Source: Octopus sinensis
Lineage: Eukaryota
DNA: 64,000 nt
Direction: 5' to 3'
Assembly (NCBI RefSeq): GCF_006345805.1
Contig: NC_042999.1
Coordinates: 32,674,001 to 32,738,000 of the forward strand
A model generated the notes under the pieces. That model was not told the DNA's origin and searched no databases. It saw nothing but the letters and a program-made list of their open reading frames with translations. Shown here piece after piece: positions 1-13,589 of this stretch (position 1 is the stretch's first letter; every line of letters starts with the position of its first letter). The position numbers and the translations under genes are program-made.

Positions 1-361
1 CAGTTAATGATTCTTATATACCTTGAAAATGCTTAAAATCAGCTTTTAGTCTGTAGTTCAAGTAAGGGTTTAATACTCCCTTAGTGTCAACAAATTGAAT
101 TGAAGCAACCAGCTAACTGAACGATTAGTGATAATTACAATTCTTCAATCATCAGCAAGTTGCATTCTTGACATGAGATATTGTAAGTTCTGTCAGAAAC
201 GATGTCGATGTCTAGCAAAATTAGATAAGATAACAGAAAATCACATAAACGAATAAACCTAATAATAAAAAATTGAACTGCTTTCTCACATTAAAAGTTT
301 TCAAGTCGAATTTGTCATGAGTGATTCAGACAATTAAATTTACGGAATTGTCAATAATACT

Positions 362-576
362 GATTTCAGATTTTGGCACAAAGCCTGCAATTTCGGAGGA
401 AGTAGCTAAATCGATTACATCGACCCTGTGTTCAACTGGTACTTATTTTATCGACCCCAAAACGATGAAGGTGAAAGTGGAATTCGACGGAATTTGAACT
501 CAGAACGTAAGAACGGACGAAATGCCGCTAAGCATCTAGCTCGGCGCATTAATGATTCTGCTTGATCACCGCCTTA
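362..576 (-). mobile_element. tRNA-derived SINE (Meta-domain-like central region), diverged copy
   Basis: The minus strand reads a head GGCGGTGATCAAGCAGAATC, a B-box-like GAGTTCAAATTCC, and a central TTCATCGTTTTGGGGTCGATAAAATAAGTACCAG. Homologous copies lie at 15.0, 28.1 and 29.3 kb. Confidence 0.8.
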
Positions 577-2019
577 GGAATTATCAATACTATTGGAAAA
601 TAGAAATGGAGGTAGGTGGCTTAGTGACCAGATTTTTTCTCATAATCATTACGTCGTGGTTCAAGCAATAATTAGTACCTTAAACGTTCAGTTCGAAACA
701 ATTGGTTGTATGAAATGAATCGAAAGTGATCAAAAATCAAAGAGAACGACGGCTAAACATATGTAGGTGCACAACGTCAAGTACATCTACATCAAGGAAA
801 GCATGGGAAATACTAGCACGTACGTGTTAACCGTAACATTGACAATGGTTTTAGAAACGGTAGAACGGGAAAATGATTGAATTAATAGAACACGTAATTA
901 ACAATTTTAGGAAGTGTTCTTCAACATAAATTAGTATCACCACTGAGACTACTTTACGATTTATAATTTCTAGATCAATACTGAATAAGTGATAGTACGT
1001 GTGACCTCGTGTCTACGCTATCGGGGAATAGCTTCACCAACACATTTGTGAATTTAACCATTACAGTTTGAGTTCGTGAAGTGATCGATTTTAGTTTCGG
1101 AATTCCAAAGTTCAGTACAGTATGATATTGTGAAACACAGGGTTGATAAAATCAGTTGCATTGTGGAAAACATTACATTATTTAGTTACATGATTTAAAA
1201 CTAAACTATAATCTAATTGCTCTAACTCACCTTGGTATCTACTCACCTGTCTTCAATATATTGATGTATAAGCGCCTGAAATATGTCTTGATACATACTC
1301 ACGCATCAACACACTTCCAATTATATACTCATCATTTTAATTATTCTTGCCCCGAACAACACAGGTTCATCTGTATTTTGCACTTATTACAAATCTGAGA
1401 AATGACTATATGATATCACATGAGACACTTATAATATGTAAGAATAAAATATGTAATGTGCTTCTTAGGTCTACATATATATTTGTAAGTTTAAATGCTC
1501 ATACTCAATACTAAAAACTTCTTTGTAAATGATATGCATTTGAGGTCTTGATATCACTTGCACCTATTCATCCTCGCTTTGTCAATTACTGTAAAAGCCT
1601 CCCCCCAATAAAGAAATACATACGCTCTTTATGCTATTATATGCTACTAATGAATTCTTAAACGAATTTCCGAATTCCATCTGAAACCCTTTATACCTCT
1701 CCAAGAGAATAGCATTAAATATTGGAAATTGAAGCAACACGCGAGGAAAGAAAAAAAAAACTTAGACATCAAATTATATCTAGAAAAACTCAGCCTGAAA
1801 TTGCACGTGCTTTTCTAAGATAACTTACTTAGCTTCTCGAGAGTATATGAAGCCAACCAAAAAATCAATATTTCTTTGAGGTCTGAAGGTAGGTGTGTGA
1901 TAACCATCATGATTCTAAATTGCATTTAATTGTGGAAGAACATTTATGTGTTAGAAGAATCACACCATCAGTAGCGCTCACAGTTTCTCTTCATATGCAC
2001 CCATAACAGCCATATATGC

Positions 2020-2025
2020 ATATAT

Positions 2026-2117
<92 letters not shown>

Positions 2118-2205
2118 CTATGTATGTATATAAGTCTTCAGATAAATATATATATATATATATATATTTATCTGAAGACTTATATACATACATACACATA
2201 CATAT
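2020..2205. repeat. (CA)n/(TA)n microsatellites plus a 98-bp palindrome (2108-2205) centred on (TA)n
   Basis: GTATATAAGTCTTCAGATAAA-(TA)n-TTTATCTGAAGACTTATATAC, with one C/C mismatch (2118/2195). Confidence 0.9.
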
Positions 2206-2939
2206 CTGTATATACACACGTTCACGTATATATTTATACACATGCATAATAGATTTAGAATTGTCAAATACCTATGACCTTTTCTCAATTGTTCCATTAC
2301 TTATCTGTCCTCAACAGATAGTTAATTGGAATTGTACACCTGAACCGAGATAACCTTCGTGTAACGTAACACAACAGAAAAATGCAAAGGTGATTTTAGC
2401 CTTGAAAAGTCCCTATTATTTTGTGCTTTTCGATACATCAAAACAACGTAAAGTTGACCTGATAAAAATGAAGCTTTGATTCCTGAAAGAAAGGACATGA
2501 CGACATTTGGTATGTTTTCAAGTGCACTAATTAATCTTTTAGTCCTATCCAGACTGCGTTTCTGTTGGGTGTATCAGATGTTTTAGTTAGATCTAAAAAA
2601 TGAGGTAGAATATGTAAGAGGCTTGTTTAGGGGGAGTAACAACTATTGCTATGAAAACTGGTAAAAAAGAACGTAAATTATTATTTTATTGCTATGCGTT
2701 GATATTCTTGATTTTATTATAATTGTGTAAGTTCTATGTTAAGATCCTGATGAGATCCATTTTACATTCAACATTTAAGTGTCAATAACTGGTTCACTGG
2801 TGTCAAATTACCCACCCGCCGATGTCTATTCTGCCTTTCCTCTTTTCGAGGTCGTTTAAATTATTACCAGTTGATTATCATGATCGTTGTAATCAACATA
2901 TTTTCTACCTTGAAATAGCTATGCCAAAATCCGGAACCA

Positions 2940-2947
2940 GTAGTAGT

Positions 2948-3046
<99 letters not shown>

Positions 3047-3108
3047 ACTACTACTACTACTACTACTACCACCACTACTACTCCTACTACTACTACTACT
3101 ACTACTAC

Positions 3109-3201
<93 letters not shown>

Positions 3202-3218
3202 CATTATTATCATTATTA

Positions 3219-3280
<62 letters not shown>
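2940..3280. repeat. Compound (ATT)n/(ACT)n microsatellite; 3' flank and probable target of a Dong-type LINE
   Basis: Seen directly; abuts the 3' end of the element at 3281. Confidence 0.95.
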
Positions 3281-3281
<1 letters not shown>

Positions 3282-6200
3282 CGTAGTTTTATTTTTATAG
3301 CGTGCTTTCACTTCACTACCGAGCGCAGCTCTGTGTGCCTTGGGTATGTGCTGTGATTTGTTGTGATGCTCTGATGGTTATTGTATGGAAAGTGTTCTGC
3401 GTAGGATGTGTGCAGTGCCTAGAAGTGCAATTTTCTGTATGTTATATGTGTTTGTAAGTCCTGGTGTTTTTGTTATGTATTTGTCTGAATATTTTTTTAT
3501 CATGCCTAATGCACCTACTATGATAGGAATTGTTTCTGTTTTCAGGTTCCACATTCTAGTTACCTCTATTTCCAGGTCTTTGTATTTTGAGAGTTTCTCC
3601 ATTTCTTTTAGAGACACGTTGCCATCTGCCGGTATTGATACATCAATTAGAAAGCATTTTTTTCCTTCATGATCTCTGACAACTATATCTGGTCTGTTGG
3701 CCTTAATTTCTCTATCTGTATGTATCGGCATATCCCAGAGTATGGTTGCTTTCTCGTTTTCTGTGACCTTTTCTGGTGTGTGCCTATACCATCTTTTTCT
3801 CTTGTTATTCCATAATGTTGGCATAGCTTCCAATGTATGTAGGTTCCAACTCTGTCATGTCTGTGAATATATTCCTTCTTAGCCAGGACTGGGCAGCTAG
3901 AGATAATATGATTTATTGTTTCTTGTCCATCTCCACATATTCTGCAGTTACTTGTAATATTTCTTTTCATTACATGTTTTTGGTAATTTCTGGTGGGGAG
4001 GCTTTGGTCTTGTGCTGCAATTAAAAATCCCTCTGTCTCTGCTTTGAGTCCTGAGCTTCTCAACCATTGCTGGGATTTTTCTTTGTCTATTTCTTTTGCG
4101 TTTAGTTTAGTGCAGTATTTACCATGAAGGGGCTTTTCTTGCCATCGTTTTATCATGGCTCGTTGCTGTTCTATTTTATTTTGGATTTCATTTGTTTTAT
4201 AGCTTTTGTTGTTTCTTAATCATCTTCGTCTTCTTCTTTGTGTTTATTAGGTGGTATGATTTCTTGTTTGTATTTGTCAGCTTCCTTAAATACTGAGAAC
4301 AGTTTTTTGTTTTGCTCGTGTTTTGCTGCTATCTGGATCAGTTTTCCTTCCTTCTGAAGTAGGTATATTTGCAGTCCTATGGTGGTTATTTTATAGTAGT
4401 TTTCCAGCTGTATAAGGCCTCTACCACCTTCTATACGTTGTATATATAGTCTTTCTATGTCAGATTTTGGGTGATGCATCCTAGATCCTGTCAGTATTTT
4501 TCTTGTTTTCCTATCTATTTTGGACAGTTCATTTCGTGTCCAGTTAAGGATATTGTAGCTGTAACTTATAACTGGGACAGCTAAAGTGTTGATACCTATT
4601 ATCTTGTTTTTAGCATTGAGCTCTGTTTTTAGTATTGATCTAACTCGTCTATAATATTCTTTTTTTATTTTCTCTTTCATTTGTGTGTGTTGTGTCTTAT
4701 CTAGTTCATGGATTCCTAAGTATTTGTAAGTTTGGCTTTGGTCTAATTCTTTTATTTCATTGGTTTTATCTAGTGTGATGTTGTTACTCTTAATTAGTTT
4801 TCCTCTTTTCATGGTTACTTTGGCGCATTTTTCTAATCCAAATTTCATATCTATTTCTTTGGTAAATCCATGAACTGTCTTTAATAGTGTTTCCAGCTGT
4901 TTGTCATTTGCAGCGTATAGTTTTAGGTCATCCATATATAAAAGGTGGCTGATCGTTTTGCCGTAACATTTATATCCGCATCCAGTTCTATTTAGCATAT
5001 CAGATAGAGGTGACAGTGCCAAGCAGAAAAGGAGTGGAGAGAGCGTGTCTCCCTGGAATATTCCTCTTCTAATGGGGATGTCTTTGGTTTTCATGAGTCC
5101 CTCTTTTGTTTGGAGGTGTAGGACTGTTTGCCATTTATTCATAGAGTGCTCTATGAATTTTATGATTGTTGGTGCTACTTTGTTAATGGCTAGTGTTTCG
5201 AGGATCCATGTGTGGGGGATGCTATCAAACGCCTTTTTGTAGTCAATCCAGGCCATACTGAGGCCTTTCTTCTTTCTGTGGCTGTCTTCAGTTACGGCTT
5301 TATTAATCATTAGTTGATCTTTACAGCCATATGAGCCCTTGCGGCATCCTTTCTGCTCTTCTGGGAACAGTTTGTTTTCGTCCAGGTGCTTGTTCAGCCT
5401 TTGCGATATCACTGCAGTAAATGCCTTGAACATAGTAGGGAGGCAGGTTATTGGTCTGTAGTTTTCTGGTTTTGTTGTTTCATTTGATTTGGGAATTAAG
5501 ATGGTTTTCCCCTTCGTGAGCCATTCAGGCATTGTTTCTGGCTCTGCTAGTATGCTGTTAAAGTTTTCAGCCAGCTTTTTGTGCATTCCTGTTAGATATT
5601 TCAACCAAAATTTGGGGATCTTGTCATGCCCAGGTGCCTTCCAGTTGCTTAGTCTTTGCAGTGCTTGGGTGACCTCTTCAGTTGTTATGGGGGTCCAAAG
5701 TTGTTCAGATGCCGAGTTTGTTATTTTGATACTCCTTTTTTTTGGCTGTTCGTTCGCCGACCATATTTCTTTCCAGAATTCTTCCAAATCTTCTCCCGTT
5801 GGTGCTGCAGTGACTTCTATTTTATTTTTGCCCAGTTCTTGGTAGAACTTTTTGGGGTCGGAGTTGAACTTTTTGTTCTGTTCAAAGAAGCGTTGGCGTT
5901 TCTTGTACCGGCGGATCCTTTGAGCTTTGGGAAGGATATCTTGCTTCAGCTTTTCTTTTTTCTCCGGCAAATCTTTCTCTGTGATGTTATATTTGCGGAG
6001 CATCTTTGTTCTCTTTTTGTTGCTCAGTAGCGTTGCTTGTTTTCTGATTTCATTAAGAATCGACAGGTCTTTTCTAATTTTTTTTATTTTGTTTTGGATG
6101 TTATTTATCCACAGGGTTTGTTTGGTTGGTGGTACTCCTGTTTGGGTGGGTTTCGGTGAGTATCCAGCTTCTTTTGTGGCTGCAGTGGCTGCTGCGTATA

Positions 6201-6918
6201 TCAAGTCATTTAGTTCAGTGATATCACTTTTTTTTGTTTCAGTGGCTAGTTCAGTGACGGCTAGGTTTATGTTGTTTATAATTGGTGTTGTTATTGCGTT
6301 TATTTTTATTCTTGGGAGGTATGGTCTGTGGTCCATTTTGAGCTCTGTGGTTTTTAGTTCTTTGATTATTTTATTTTTTATATTATCATAATCATTAGGC
6401 TCCCCTTCGTTGTTTACATCGTGTTTGTTGGGAATGTTGCGTTTGTCTTCGTGTTTTACAGTTTCAGTGTTTATATTATTGGGCATTGTTGTGTGGCTTC
6501 TATCTACATTTTCTTCGTGTATTTTTTCTTTTAAATGTTCTATTTCAATTTCTGATATTTTTTTGGCTTTGAGAATGTATCTTCGTACGTTAGCTAATTT
6601 ATTAGGGTTCATTGCTGTATCCAAGTCTATATCTCTATTATTTTCCTTCCATATTTTATATGTATGTGTTGTTGTATTTTCATTTTGTGGTTAGAGCATT
6701 GCTGTGAAGTATGCGTGTAAGATAGAAATGTATTCTCCACGTGTCCATTTACGTCTTTTGGGTTTTAATTGCGGGACATGAGGTACAACGTCCGGCCCAT
6801 TATTTTGACGGTCGTCATTTTCGTAGGGTACCGGTGCGTTTATTTCTGTTGTCACATTATTTCGCACGTGTAGTTTTTCGTACATTTTTTGTTGTAGGTT
6901 TAATGTACGTACCGCTCG
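3281..6918 (-). mobile_element. R4/Dong-type RLE non-LTR retrotransposon, family A copy 1 (lacks the 5' ~330 bp of copy 2)
   Basis: RT motifs (NYRPITCLPT, WIDYKKAFDS, GIFQGDTLSP, LYMDDLKLY), a CCHC finger (CRICGDGQETINHIISSC) and an RLE (PDIVV..DVSIP..K.KY). Both ends abut (TAA)n, the known target of Dong/R4-clade elements. Confidence 0.92.
3378..6885 (-). pseudogene. Disrupted RT-RLE polyprotein ORF of copy 1
   Basis: ORF pieces 6691-6885, 4216-6624, 3683-4156 and 3378-3833. Compared with copy 2 there are nonsense changes TAC>TAA (~6691) and AAA>TAA (~4216) and two 1-nt frameshifts (~4180, ~3810). Confidence 0.9.
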
Positions 6919-6934
6919 ATTATTATTATTATTA

Positions 6935-6986
<52 letters not shown>

Positions 6987-6994
6987 ATTATTAA

Positions 6995-7072
<78 letters not shown>

Positions 7073-7168
7073 GATTATTATTATTATTATTTTTATCATT
7101 ATTTTTATCATTATTATTATCATTATTATTATCATTATTATTATTATATTATTATTATTATTATTATT

Positions 7169-7204
<36 letters not shown>

Positions 7205-7272
7205 ATTATTATTGTTGTTCTTCTTCTTCTTATTATTATTATTATCATTATTATTATCATTATTATTATTAA

Positions 7273-7336
<64 letters not shown>
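6919..7336. repeat. Compound (ATT)n/(ATC)n/(GTT)n microsatellite between the two Dong copies
   Basis: Seen directly. Confidence 0.95.
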
Positions 7337-7337
<1 letters not shown>

Positions 7338-10300
7338 CGTAGTTTTATTTTTATAGCGTGCTTTCACTTCACTACCGAGCGCAGCTCTGTGTGCCTTGGG
7401 TATGTGCTGTGATTTGTTGTGATGCTCTGATGGTTATTGTATGAAATGTGTTCTGCGTAGGATGTGTGCAGTGCCTAGTAGTGCAATTTTCTTTATGTTA
7501 TATGTGTTTGTAACTCATGGTGTTTTTGTTACGTATTTGTCTGAATAATTTTTTATCATGCCTAATGCACCTACTATGATAGGAATTGTTTCTGTTTTCA
7601 GATTCCACATTCTAGTTACCTCTATTTCCAGGTCTTTGTATTTTGAGAGTTTCTCCATTTCTTTTAGAGACACGTTATCATCTGCCGGTATTGATACATC
7701 AATTAGAAAGCATTTTTTTTCTTCATGGTCTCTGACAACTATATCTGGTCTGTTGGCCTTAATTTCTCTATCTGTGTGTATCGGCATATCCCAGAGTATG
7801 GTTGCTTTCTCGTTTTCTGTGACCTTTTCTGGTGTGTGCCTATACCATCTTTTTTCTCTTGTTATTCCATAATGTTGGCATAGCTTCCAATGTATGTAGG
7901 TTCCAACTCTGTCATGTCTGTGAATATATTCCTTCTTAGCCAGGACTGGGCAGCTAGAGATAATATGATTTATTGTTTCTTGTCCATCTCCACATATTCT
8001 GCAGTTACTTGTAATATTTCTTTTCATTACATGTTTTTGGTAATTTCTGGTGGGGAGGCTTTGGTCTTGTGCTGCAATTAAAAATCCCGCTGTCTCTGCT
8101 TTGAGTCCTGAGCTTCTCAACCATTGCTGGGATTTTTCTTTGTCTATTTCTTTTGCGTTTAGTTTAGTCCAGTATTTACCATGAAGGGGCTTTTCTTGCC
8201 AGCGTTTTATCATGGTTCGTTGTTGTTCTATTTTTAGTTTGGATTTCATTTGTTTTATAGCTTTTGTTGTTTCTTTATCTTCTTCTTCTTCTTCTTCATG
8301 TTTATTAGGTGGTATGATTTCTTGTTTGTATTTGTCAGCTTCCTTAAATACTGAGAACAGTTTTTTGTTTTGCTCGTGTTTTGCAGCTATCTGGATCAGT
8401 TCTCCTTCCTTCTGAAGTAGATATTTTTGCAGTCCTATGGTGGTTATTTTATAGTAGTTTTCCAGCTGTATAAGGCCTCTTCCACCTTCTATACGTTGTA
8501 TATATAGTCTTTCTATGTCAGATTTTGGGTGATGCATCCTAGATCCTGTCAGTATTTTTGTTGTTTCCCTATCTATTTTGGTCAGTTCATTTCGTGTCCA
8601 GTTAAGGATATTGTAGCTGTAACTTATAACTGGGACAGCTAAAGTGTTGATACCTATTATTTTGTTTTTAGCATTGAGCTTTGTGTTTAGTATTGATCTA
8701 ACTCGTCTATAATATTCTTTTTTTATTTTCTCTTTCATTTGTGTGTGTTGTGTCTTATCTAGTTCATGGATTCCTAAGTATTTGTAAGTTTGGCTTTGGT
8801 CTAATTCTTTTATTTCATTGGTTTTATCTAGTGTGATGTTGTTACTCTTAATTAGTTTTCCTCTTTTCATGGTTACTTTGGCGCATTTTTCTAATCCAAA
8901 TTTCATATCTATTTCTTTGGTAAATCCATGAACTGTCTTTAATAGTGTTTCCAGCTATTTGTCATTTGCAGCGTATAGTTTTAGGTCATCCATATATAAA
9001 ATGTGGCTGAACGTTTTGCCGTAACATTTATATCCGCATCTAGTTCTATTTAGCATATCAGATAGAGGTGACAGTGCCAAGCAGAAAAGGAGTGGAGAGA
9101 GCGTGTCTCCCTGGAATATTCCTCTTCTAATGGGGATGTCTTTGGTTTTCATGAGTCCCTCTTTTGTTTGAACGTGTAGGACTGTTTGCCATTTATTCAT
9201 AGAGTGCTCTATGAATTTTATGATTGTTGGTGCTACTTTGTTAATGGCTAGTGTTTCGAGGATCCACGTGTGGGGGATGCTATCAAACGCCTTTTTGTAG
9301 TCAATCCAGGCCATACTGAGGCCTTTCTTCTTTCTGTGGCTGTCTTCAGTTACGGCTTTATTAATCATTAGTTGATCTTTACAGCCATATGAGCCTTTGC
9401 GGCATCCTTTCTGCTCTTCTGGGAACAGTTTGTTTTCGTCCAGGTGCTTGTTCAGCCTTTGTGATATCACTGCAGTAAATGCCTTGAACATAGTAGGGAG
9501 GCATGTTATTGGTCTGCAGTTTTCTTGTTTTTCTGTTTCATTTGATTTGGGAATTAAGATGGTTTTCCCCTTCGTGAGCCATTCAGGCATTGTCTCTGGC
9601 TCTGCTAGTACGTTGTTAAAGTTTTCAGCCAGCTTTTTGTGCATTCCTGTTAGATATTTCAACCAGAATTTGGGGATCTTGTCATGCCCAGGTGCCTTCC
9701 AGTTGCTTAGTCTTTGCAGTGCCTGGGTGACCTCTTCAGTTGTTATGGGGGCCCAAAGTTGTTCAGATGCCGAGTTTGTTATTTTCATACTCCTTTTTTT
9801 TGGTGGTTCGTTCGCCGACCATATTCCTCTCCAGAATTCTTCCAATTCTTCTGCCGTTGGTGCTGCAGTGACTTCTATATTATTTTTGCCCAGTTCTTGG
9901 TAGAACTTTTTGGGGTCGGAGTTGAACTTTTTGTTTTCTTCAAAGAAGCGTTGGCGTTTCTTGTACCGGCGGATCCTTTGTGCTTTGGCAAGGATATCTT
10001 GCTTCAGCTTTTCTTTTATTTCAGGCAAATCTTTCTCTGTGATGTTAGATTTGCGGAGTATTTTCGTTCTCTTTTTGTTGCTCAGTAGCGTTGATTGTTT
10101 GCTGATTTCCCTAAGAATCGACAGGTCTTTTCTAATTTTTTTTAATTTTGCTTTGGATGTTATTTATCCACAGGGTTTGTTTGGGTGGTGGTACTCCTGT
10201 TTGGGCGGGTTTGGGTGAGTATCCAGCTTCTTTTGTGGCTGCAGTGGCTGCTGCGTGTATTAGGTTATTTAGCTCAGTGATATCACTTTTTTTTTATTCA

Positions 10301-11290
10301 GTGGCTATCAGTTCAGTGACGGCTAGGTTTATGCTGTTTATAATAGGTGTTGTTATTTCGTTTATTTTTATTCTTGGGAGGTATGGTCGTTGGTCCATTT
10401 TGAGCTCTGTGGTTTTTAGTTCTTTGATTATTTTATTTTTTATATTATCATAATCATTAGGCTCCCCTTCGTTGTTTACATCGTGTTTGTTGGGAATGTT
10501 GCGTTTGTCTTCGTGTTTTACAGTTTCAGTGTTTATATTATTGGGTATTGTTGTGTGGCTTCTATCTACATTTTCCTGGTGTATGTTTTCTTTTAGGTGT
10601 TCTATTTCTATTTCTGATATTTTTTGTGTTGAGAATGTATCTTCGTACGTTAGCTAATTTATTAGGGTTCATTGCTGTATCCAAGTCTATATCTCTATTA
10701 TTTTCCTTCCATATTTGATATGTATGTGTTGTTGTATTTTCATTTTTTGGGTAGAGTATCGCTATGAAGTATGCGTGTAAGATAGAAATGTATTCCTCGC
10801 GTGTCCATTTACGTCTTTTGGGTTTTATTTGCGGGACATGAGGCACAACGTCCGGCCCATTATTTTGACGGTCGTCATTTTCGTAGGGTACCGGTCCGTT
10901 TATTTCTGTTGTCACATTATTTCGCACGTGTAGTTTTTCGTACATTTTTTGTTTTAAGCTCGATTGTTATTCTTGGGTTGAATAGTATCGGTGGCATTTA
11001 ATTTCTTCGTAGTTCCTTTGTACATGGTGTTTGGGGTCGCGGATGATCGTCGTGTTTCACGCATGTTTACATGTGTTGCGTTAGAGGTGGATATGATATC
11101 GAGTCAAAATACATCATTTCGTTTTGAAAATAGTAATAAATTTCAATTAGTATTACTTACTCGGATACAGTCCAATTCTTTGTTAGTAAAACTTTGGCTC
11201 CATAGGATGTCCTTGTTTTCGATGTTTGTGGATTGGCTTCGGAGCTCTGAATTTTCCTTCTTACATCTTAAACGTTCCCCGGTGTTCTCT
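7337..11290 (-). mobile_element. R4/Dong-type RLE retrotransposon, family A copy 2 (probably full length, ORF disrupted)
   Basis: Same 3' end as copy 1 (CCGTAGTTTTATTTTTATAGCGTG). ORF pieces 10562-10945, 8955-10028 and 7515-8906, with a CAG>TAG stop at 8955 and frameshifts near 10.1 and 10.6 kb. An extra ~330 bp of 5' sequence runs up to the next (TAA)n array. Confidence 0.92.
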
Positions 11291-11330
11291 ATTATTATTA
11301 TTATTATCATTATTATTATTATTATTATCA

Positions 11331-11411
<81 letters not shown>

Positions 11412-11490
11412 GTTGTAGTAGTAGTAGTAGTAGTGGTAGTGTTGTTGTTGTTGTTTTTGTTGTTGTTATTTTATTGTTGTTGTTTATTTT
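11291..11490. repeat. (ATT)n/(GTA)n/(GTT)n microsatellite
   Basis: Seen directly. Confidence 0.95.
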
Positions 11491-12478
11491 GCACAGCTTC
11501 TAATACTGGAGGTGTTCTACGGTGTCACCGATTCACTACCAGTGAACTAAGGTAACAGCCATTATTTTTCGCGCACCATCTAGAGTATTCGAGCGATTGC
11601 AAGCAGTGCTGTTTTCTGCAAGAGCTCCACCCTTATTGCAGCCCCTACTTGTTCCATGTACTTCTCAAGATTTTCACTCACTGTTCCTAGGGCTTCGGCA
11701 ATTATTGGTACTACTTCTTAACCTCCCAAGCTAACCTGTTATAGCTATCGATTTTTTCTTCCTTATCGCATACCTTGTTATCACCTGGGCATTCTATATC
11801 TATGATCCAGCATCTATTGCTTTCTTTCTCAATTAATATTATATCTGGTTTCTTATTCTCTATCACATGGCCGCACTGAACCATAAAATGCGATAGGATT
11901 TTTGCATTAACCTTTTCGGTGATGCCTTCGGGTTTATGTTCTGGGCAGCACAGATTAGAGCCTCCATTTCGTTTCCGGTTTTAAATTATGTTAATCATCC
12001 ATAGCCTTCTTTTTACTCTGTTTTATCTTCAACATCTCTATGAAATTCTCCATGCATTCTTTTCTTCATTCACCTATTTTCAGTTTCATTCATTCTCAAG
12101 TGCGTCTGCAGTGCTTTATCTTTGCAATTTTCCATCCTACACATAGCTGATCTTCTTACCTCTAACAATAACGGTTCCGTGACCTTTTTACACACCATGC
12201 TGTGTTGTTTTCTTCTGCTCTAATGCTATGTTCGCATCCAATCAGTCCTCTTCCTCCTCTTTTCTTGGTACATACATTCTGTCTGTATCACTTTTTGGGT
12301 AGAGTATCCCATATCTAGTGAGAAACCTCATTGGCTTTCTGTCTAAGCTGTTTAGTCTGTCTACTGTCCATGCGAGTGAAAACGCCCAAGTGTTGATAGC
12401 TTCAATTTTATTCTGTCCGTTTAATTTCAACCTAAGCATCAGTCTCAAGTATTCCGTCTTAAATTTTTGTCATTTCTT
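11491..12478 (-). mobile_element. Degraded Dong-type RLE LINE, 3' portion (family B)
   Basis: Remnant ORF KLNGQNKIEAINTWA..LNSLDRK..LYPKSDTDRMYVPRKE matches the post-RT region. The 3' end (TTTTGCACAGCTTCTAA..ACTACCAGTGAACTAAGGTAAC) is shared with 29611-29700. Confidence 0.75.
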
Positions 12479-12590
12479 TCTTTCTTCTTCTTCTTCTTCT
12501 TCTTCTTCTTCTTCTTCTTCTTCTTCTTCTTCTTCTTCTTCTTCTTCTTCTTCTTCTTCTTCTTCTTCTTCTTTTTTCTTCTTCGTATTA
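12479..12590. repeat. (TTC)n microsatellite
   Basis: Seen directly. Confidence 0.95.
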
Positions 12591-13589
12591 CTATTATTAT
12601 TTAACGTCTAATTTAATAACCATATAATTCACCATAAAAATAAACCTTGTTCTTTGGAAAATCCGTTACACATACAAAATGGATTCTTAGAAACTTAATA
12701 CTTTGGAATATATTCATTAACTTTCAGTGTTAGAGAATTACTTCAAGATCAGGGGAGAAGTTAACCATCTCATTACCGCCCTATTCTTATTCAGTGTATT
12801 CTAGTGAAAAATGTCCTAAGAAATGTTTATAACACTGAAAGAAAATTTTATCGACGAAAGGAAATAAAACAGTAAGCGAAGAAGCATAAACGGAAGAAAA
12901 GATACAACAAACAGGAACACGCGAATAGCAAGGAAATAAATGATACTGAATAACTTTAATCCAATCATTGTTTGAAAAAACGGTAGTACACCTGACGGTA
13001 ATGGAATTTAATACATTTTCATTCCAAAACTATTTTCTAATTCACTGTATTTAGGAGAAGGTTTGATTACTTTTTCAACAGAGCCATCTAGATGTATAAA
13101 GCACTATGGCAGTAGGAAATAAAAGAAGTAAAATAAATTACAAGGCCATTCGGTTTGTATGAAATGTATCTATTTCACATTGCATCAAATAACAATGCAA
13201 AACCTGATACAGCATCGATCTGAATAAGTTCGCAGAAAATGTCTGCTCTTTCGTTTATAGTAGCATACTAAACAAGTATGTGATTCGGTACACACAGACA
13301 TATGCATGTATGTATGTATGTATGTATGTATGTATGTATGTATGTATGTATGTATGTATGTATGTGTGTATATATGTATGTATGTGTGTGTGTATGTATG
13401 TATGTATGCATGCATGTATGTATGCATGCATGTATGTATGTATGTATGAATGCATGCAGCATGTATGTGTGTATGCTTTCATTTCTGCGCCTGAGTGTAT
13501 TTATATATGTGTATATTTATATATATTTATATACACGTATATGAGATAAAGACGTATGTCCATGTAAGCTGAAAATGCATATATATATA

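Noticed and set aside
1247-1275. 29-nt minus-strand candidate exon (TTTCAG| ... CAG|GTGAGT) within a cluster of GTGAGT sites
   Set aside because: Too short to support, no recognisable product, and the opposite strand to the other candidates.
3385-10657. Plus-strand ORFs of 60-170 aa within the Dong copies
   Set aside because: Antisense shadows of the minus-strand RT ORF; no independent motifs.
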